DNA of 64,000 nt from a bacterium (GTDB lineage Bacteria > SAR324 > NAC60-12): the NCBI GenBank assembly GCA_965205865.1, contig CBDBHR010000025.1, positions 128,001 through 192,000 on the forward strand, in the 5' to 3' direction. Below are positions 60,446 to 64,000 of the stretch, one piece after another; position 1 is the first letter of the stretch; the number at the start of each line of letters is the position of its first letter. The translations under genes were made by a program, and so were the position numbers. The notes beneath the pieces are model-generated. The model did not search any database. It saw only the letters and a program-made list of their open reading frames with translations, and was not told the DNA's origin.

Positions 60446-61144
60446 ATGGGAATCTTATCTCGATTTATCAACGTGGTTCGTTCAAATCTCACCAGTGCCC
60501 TGGATAAAGCGGAAGATCCGGAGAAAATGCTCAATCAGATGGTCACGGACATGGAATCCCAAAAACGCCAGACTAAGTCCCAAGTCGCACACGTGTTGGC
60601 AGAACAAAAGAAGCTGGAGCGTGCCCTGACCAAAGAACAGCAAGAAGTTCAGAAATGGGAACAAAAAGCAATTCTGGCTGTTCAAAACGAAAAAGACGCC
60701 TTGGCTAAAGAGGCGCTATTGCGCAAAAAAGAGCACGCCACTCGAGCCGCTGAATTTGAAGAGCAATTGACAATTCATACCAAAAACACAGAGACTCTGC
60801 GTCAAAGTTATCAACAATTGGAAGATAAAATCGAGGAAATCAAGCGCAAGAAGGGTTTATTGATTGCCAAGCAAAAAACCGCGGAAGCGCAAAAAAATAT
60901 GGTCTCTACCATGGAGGGAATGGATGGCAAAGGTGCTATCGAGACTATCGAACGCATCGAGCAAAAAGTCGAAGACATGCAAGACCGCTCGGAAGCCTAT
61001 CTGGAATTGAGCCAGGAACAAGGTAATGACAGTCTGGAAAAACAATTCGCCACGTTGGAAGGTGGTACTTCCAATGTGGATATGGAATTGCTCGAGCTGA
61101 AAAAACGGGCTCTCCTCGAACACAAAGACGATTCCAGCAACTGA
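60446..61144 (+). CDS. pspA: PspA/IM30 family protein
   Basis: MGILSRF...LDKAEDPEKML; LAKEAL; LEKQFA.LE; RBS AGGAG. Confidence 0.92.
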   Translation: MGILSRFINVVRSNLTSALDKAEDPEKMLNQMVTDMESQKRQTKSQVAHVLAEQKKLERALTKEQQEVQKWEQKAILAVQNEKDALAKEALLRKKEHATRAAEFEEQLTIHTKNTETLRQSYQQLEDKIEEIKRKKGLLIAKQKTAEAQKNMVSTMEGMDGKGAIETIERIEQKVEDMQDRSEAYLELSQEQGNDSLEKQFATLEGGTSNVDMELLELKKRALLEHKDDSSN

Positions 61145-61196
61145 CTCGACCCTCACTTTCCAAAATTCTTCTCGAGGGAAAAGGGTGGGGATGCTT

Positions 61197-61530
61197 TTAA
61201 CGGTTATACCCGCCCTTGTTTAGCGAAACCGATTCCCGAATTTTACATTGTTCTTCCTGAAATGGGCTAAATCCCCAAGAGGGCAGGGTCAGTCTTTGCT
61301 GTGTCACTCGGCCATTTTTGGCAAACACTTGGATGATCAAAGGAGACCAGGAATCCGAACCGAAGTCTATTTGGCATTCGTGTTCTGAAAAAACACAGGC
61401 AATCCGCAGGGTTTGTTCTTCGTATCTACGTTCAAATAAAAAACAGTGCTCATCCTGGAAAACAAATGCAAAGGAAGCCACTTGTAATGCTGAAAGTATT
61501 GTATGTTTCTGAAAAAAGGAATATATATTT
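61197..61530 (-). pseudogene. Possible remnant of an alpha-amylase-family (GH13) C-terminal domain
   Basis: IYSFFQK...F.FVFQDEHCFLFERRYEEQTLRIAC.FS...LTLPSWG resembles the GH13 tail; no credible start. Confidence 0.3.
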
Positions 61531-61573
61531 CTGCGGTACCGATCCCTCTTCTCCTTCTTTTTCTTATCAAAAT

Positions 61574-61650
61574 GGCAGGGTAGCTCAGCTGGTGAGAGCG
61601 CAGGATTCATAACCCTGAGGTCGGGAGTTCAATTCTCCCCCCTGCTACCA
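61574..61650 (+). tRNA. tRNA-Met (CAT), probably elongator
   Basis: Acceptor GGCAGGG/CCCTGCT + ACCA, D arm GCTC/GAGC, anticodon loop TTCATAA, T arm GGGAG-TTCAATT-CTCCC. Lacks initiator features (C1:A72 mismatch, three G-C anticodon-stem pairs). Confidence 0.95.
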
Positions 61651-61942
61651 ATAATATCAACAAATCAGCCATCAAACATCACTCTTCACCCTCGGAACGG
61701 CATAAGCAGTGGCACCTAAAATCTTCACCAGTTTTTTTCCAATTATGTTGCGTGTTTTTATTGAGAGGGCGGCTGACGTTTACCGGGATGCCATTTGAAT
61801 CCCGAGGTTTGAGCTGAAGTGATGTTGATAGACTCTTTGTGTTTGCGGTAAATTTCAATACGCAATCCACTGGCACACTCTCGCTCGAATTCACATTCAC
61901 CTCGGGCCTTTGAGCGGATAAACAGGATGCGCCAAAAGCATA

Positions 61943-63550
61943 TCAAGTACGAAAAAAGTCGTTCCCTTTGTCATCACAAATGATGAAGGCAGGGAAATTT
62001 TCCACTTCAATTTTCCAAATTGCTTCCATGCCCAATTCTTCAAATTCTTGCATTGTCACTTTTTTAATGCAATCCCTTCCCAATCGAGCAGCGGGTCCTC
62101 CTATTGAACCCAAATAAAAACCACCATATTTTCTACAGCTTTTGGATACCAAAGGGCTGCGATTCCCTTTGCCCAGCATCACTAAGGAGCCTCCTTCCTT
62201 TTGAAAAATTGGCACATAGGGATCCATGCGTTGTGAAGTGGTAGGGCCAAAGCTCCCTGAAGGATAGCCTTTCGGCGTCTTTGCAGGTCCTGCATAATAA
62301 ACGGGAAAGTCTTTAAAAAAATCTGGTATTCCATCTCCACGGTCCAGTCCTTCCTTTAGTTTGGCATGGGCGATATCCCTGGCAACAATCATTGGTCCAT
62401 TGAGCATGATTCTGGTGGCCACTTTCAATGCGCTGAGGGTCTTGCGAATCTCTTCCATCGGTTGATTCAAATCGATGACAATGGCTTCCTCCTTTTCCGG
62501 ATCGCTAAGATTTACCGGTAAAAATCGAGCGGGATCGATTTCCAATTGCTCCAGGAATATACCTTCTTTGGTGATTTTTCCTTTGATTTGACGGTCTGCC
62601 GCGCAGCTCACGCCAATGCCAACAGGACAAGAAGCCCCATGTCGGGGCATACGGATTACCCGCACATCATGCACGAAATATTTTCCACCAAATTGAGCCC
62701 CGATTCCTCCTTGCCGGGCCCATTGTTCTACTGTTGTTTCAAATTCCTTATCCCGGAATGCACGGCCATGAACATTGCCTGTACCTGGCAGGTTATCGTA
62801 ATAACCACAGGAGGCCAGTTTGACTGTCTTTAAATTGGTTTCCGCAGAAGGCCCGCCTATCACGAGGGCCAGATGGTAGGGAGGACAAGCCGCAGTTCCT
62901 AAGCTGTTCATGGATTCTTTGACAAAGCGTTCCATGGATTCGGGATTCAACAAGGATTTTGTTTTTTGGTACAGAAAAGACTTGTTGGCGCTACCACCTC
63001 CCTTGGCGATGAACAAAAATTCGTAGCTGTTGCCTTTCTTGCTCAGCAGATCAATCTGGGCAGGCAAATTGTTCCCCGTATTTTTTTCTTCATACATGGA
63101 AAGTGGCGCCAACTGGGAAAAACGAAGATTACGGTGCTGGAAAGTCTCATAAATCCCCCTGGACAAAGCTTCTTCATCATCGCCTTCCACTTGGACCATT
63201 TCTCCTTTTCTTGCCATTACGATGGCTGTTCCGGTATCTTGACAAGATGGGAAAACTCGTTCTGCCGCAATCACCGCATTTTTTAATAGCTCCATGGCAA
63301 CAAACTTGTCATTGGAAGATGCTTGTGGATCTTTCAGGATGTACGCCAGCTTTTCCAAATGGGAACTGCGCAGCAGGTGGGAGACGTCATCCAAGGCTTC
63401 TTTTGCCAGAAGTTCCAACCCTTTGCCGTCTACCATCAACACCTCTTGGTTTCCAAATTGCCGCACGGAGACGTAGTTTTTTGAGATTTTTTTATACTCC
63501 GTGGTATCTTCCATCTTTTCAAACATCGGTTGATAATAAAATTCAGTCAT
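61943..63550 (-). CDS. Class I (Fe-S) fumarate hydratase
   Basis: [51 protein letters not shown]. Confidence 0.95.
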   Translation of the reverse strand: MTEFYYQPMFEKMEDTTEYKKISKNYVSVRQFGNQEVLMVDGKGLELLAKEALDDVSHLLRSSHLEKLAYILKDPQASSNDKFVAMELLKNAVIAAERVFPSCQDTGTAIVMARKGEMVQVEGDDEEALSRGIYETFQHRNLRFSQLAPLSMYEEKNTGNNLPAQIDLLSKKGNSYEFLFIAKGGGSANKSFLYQKTKSLLNPESMERFVKESMNSLGTAACPPYHLALVIGGPSAETNLKTVKLASCGYYDNLPGTGNVHGRAFRDKEFETTVEQWARQGGIGAQFGGKYFVHDVRVIRMPRHGASCPVGIGVSCAADRQIKGKITKEGIFLEQLEIDPARFLPVNLSDPEKEEAIVIDLNQPMEEIRKTLSALKVATRIMLNGPMIVARDIAHAKLKEGLDRGDGIPDFFKDFPVYYAGPAKTPKGYPSGSFGPTTSQRMDPYVPIFQKEGGSLVMLGKGNRSPLVSKSCRKYGGFYLGSIGGPAARLGRDCIKKVTMQEFEELGMEAIWKIEVENFPAFIICDDKGNDFFRT

Positions 63551-63836
63551 GGCTTCGCTTTCTTTTCTAACGTTCAATCGACATTGGAGCTTTGCTGACG
63601 TCGACAATGCTTTCAATTTACCCGATCTTGCCGGAAGTTGACAGATTAAAGATCAGAGGCTGTTGTTAAATTAAAAATCAGCCCGCCCTTTCCAGGATTC
63701 GACAGTAGGTAAATCAGCAACTGTGGCAACATGGGAAAACCGGGGCGCCTGGAAATTTCATGGAGTTTTATTCATTGATAAAAAGATGTATTGGTGTTAC
63801 TTTTTCAATGTTGAAAAATGAATGAGAGACAAAACC

Positions 63837-64000
63837 ATGACAGGACCCCTCGACGGATACCGGATAATCGACACCACCCAAATGATTTCGGGTCCGGTTG
63901 CAACCCGCATTCTGGCAGACCAAGGGGCTGAAGTGATCAAAGTGGAAGCGCCCGGTCTTGGTGATCTTCTGCGTCACTTGGGAGACGACAAAAGCGGCAT
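63837..64000 (+). CDS. CaiB/BaiF family III CoA-transferase (partial, runs off window)
   Basis: Manual translation MTGPLDGYRIIDTTQMISGPVATRILADQGAEVIKVEAPGLGDLLR. Confidence 0.88.
   Translation, partial: MTGPLDGYRIIDTTQMISGPVATRILADQGAEVIKVEAPGLGDLLRHLGDDKSG

Noticed and set aside
61531-61610. 5' part of ORF 61197-61610
   Set aside because: It is the antisense of tRNA-Met, so the start is spurious.
61574-61940. Integrative element or prophage at the tRNA
   Set aside because: No integrase and no duplicated tRNA 3' end seen in the window.
25570-63616. Numerous antisense or overlapping ORFs in the six-frame track (e.g. 38120-38893, 45053-45811, 30892-31521, 5' part of 56129)
   Set aside because: Shadow frames of well-supported genes, without motifs or translation signals.
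63693-63703. tmRNA 5' end (GGATTCGAC)
   Set aside because: No GGGG acceptor start, tag peptide or tRNA-like 3' end; the space is too short.

Overview
Bacterial chromosomal window with two zones. Zone 1 (1 to ~25.3 kb) is an IS-riddled, decaying accessory region. It holds an ISNCY/IS5-like transposase cut by the window edge, one complete IS66 (939-2900, 8-bp TSD) plus two IS66 remnants, two IS1380 copies (one inside a Dpp/Opp-type substrate-binding gene, one inside a vapC toxin), deleted IS5, IS1380 and IS1595 derivatives, IS110 N-terminal stubs, a Y1/RAYT remnant, three broken ABC peptide-type binding-protein genes with permeases, a 38-unit TTGGGAC tandem array, and an aldehyde dehydrogenase + TauD cassette. 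Zone 2 (~25.5-64 kb) is intact metabolic/housekeeping DNA: ThDP enzyme, quinone oxidoreductase, pentapeptide-repeat proteins, an HMG-CoA-synthase-like/DUF35 fusion + thiolase + acyl-CoA ligase operon, sterol desaturase-family gene, form II coxSLMDE, a sensor-kinase/partner-switching module, a metal ABC transporter, a eukaryotic-type glutathione synthetase, NAD kinase, lptB-rpoN-pspA, tRNA-Met, class I fumarase and the start of a CaiB CoA-transferase. The gene content would fit a SAR324/deltaproteobacteria-like, possibly host-associated organism; this is inference only. Most notable: (i) a 36-bp palindromic mini-element that duplicates GGAGG and sits in frame in a transposase, with three relatives nearby; (ii) a triplicated structured leader, each unit with its own RBS/start and a signal-peptide-like reading, ahead of a binding-protein gene; (iii) an IS66 end carrying a consensus outward promoter and a candidate structured RNA; (iv) two eukaryote-like enzymes; (v) a PhlABC-like acyltransferase architecture. 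All family calls are from motif recognition by eye; no searches were run.
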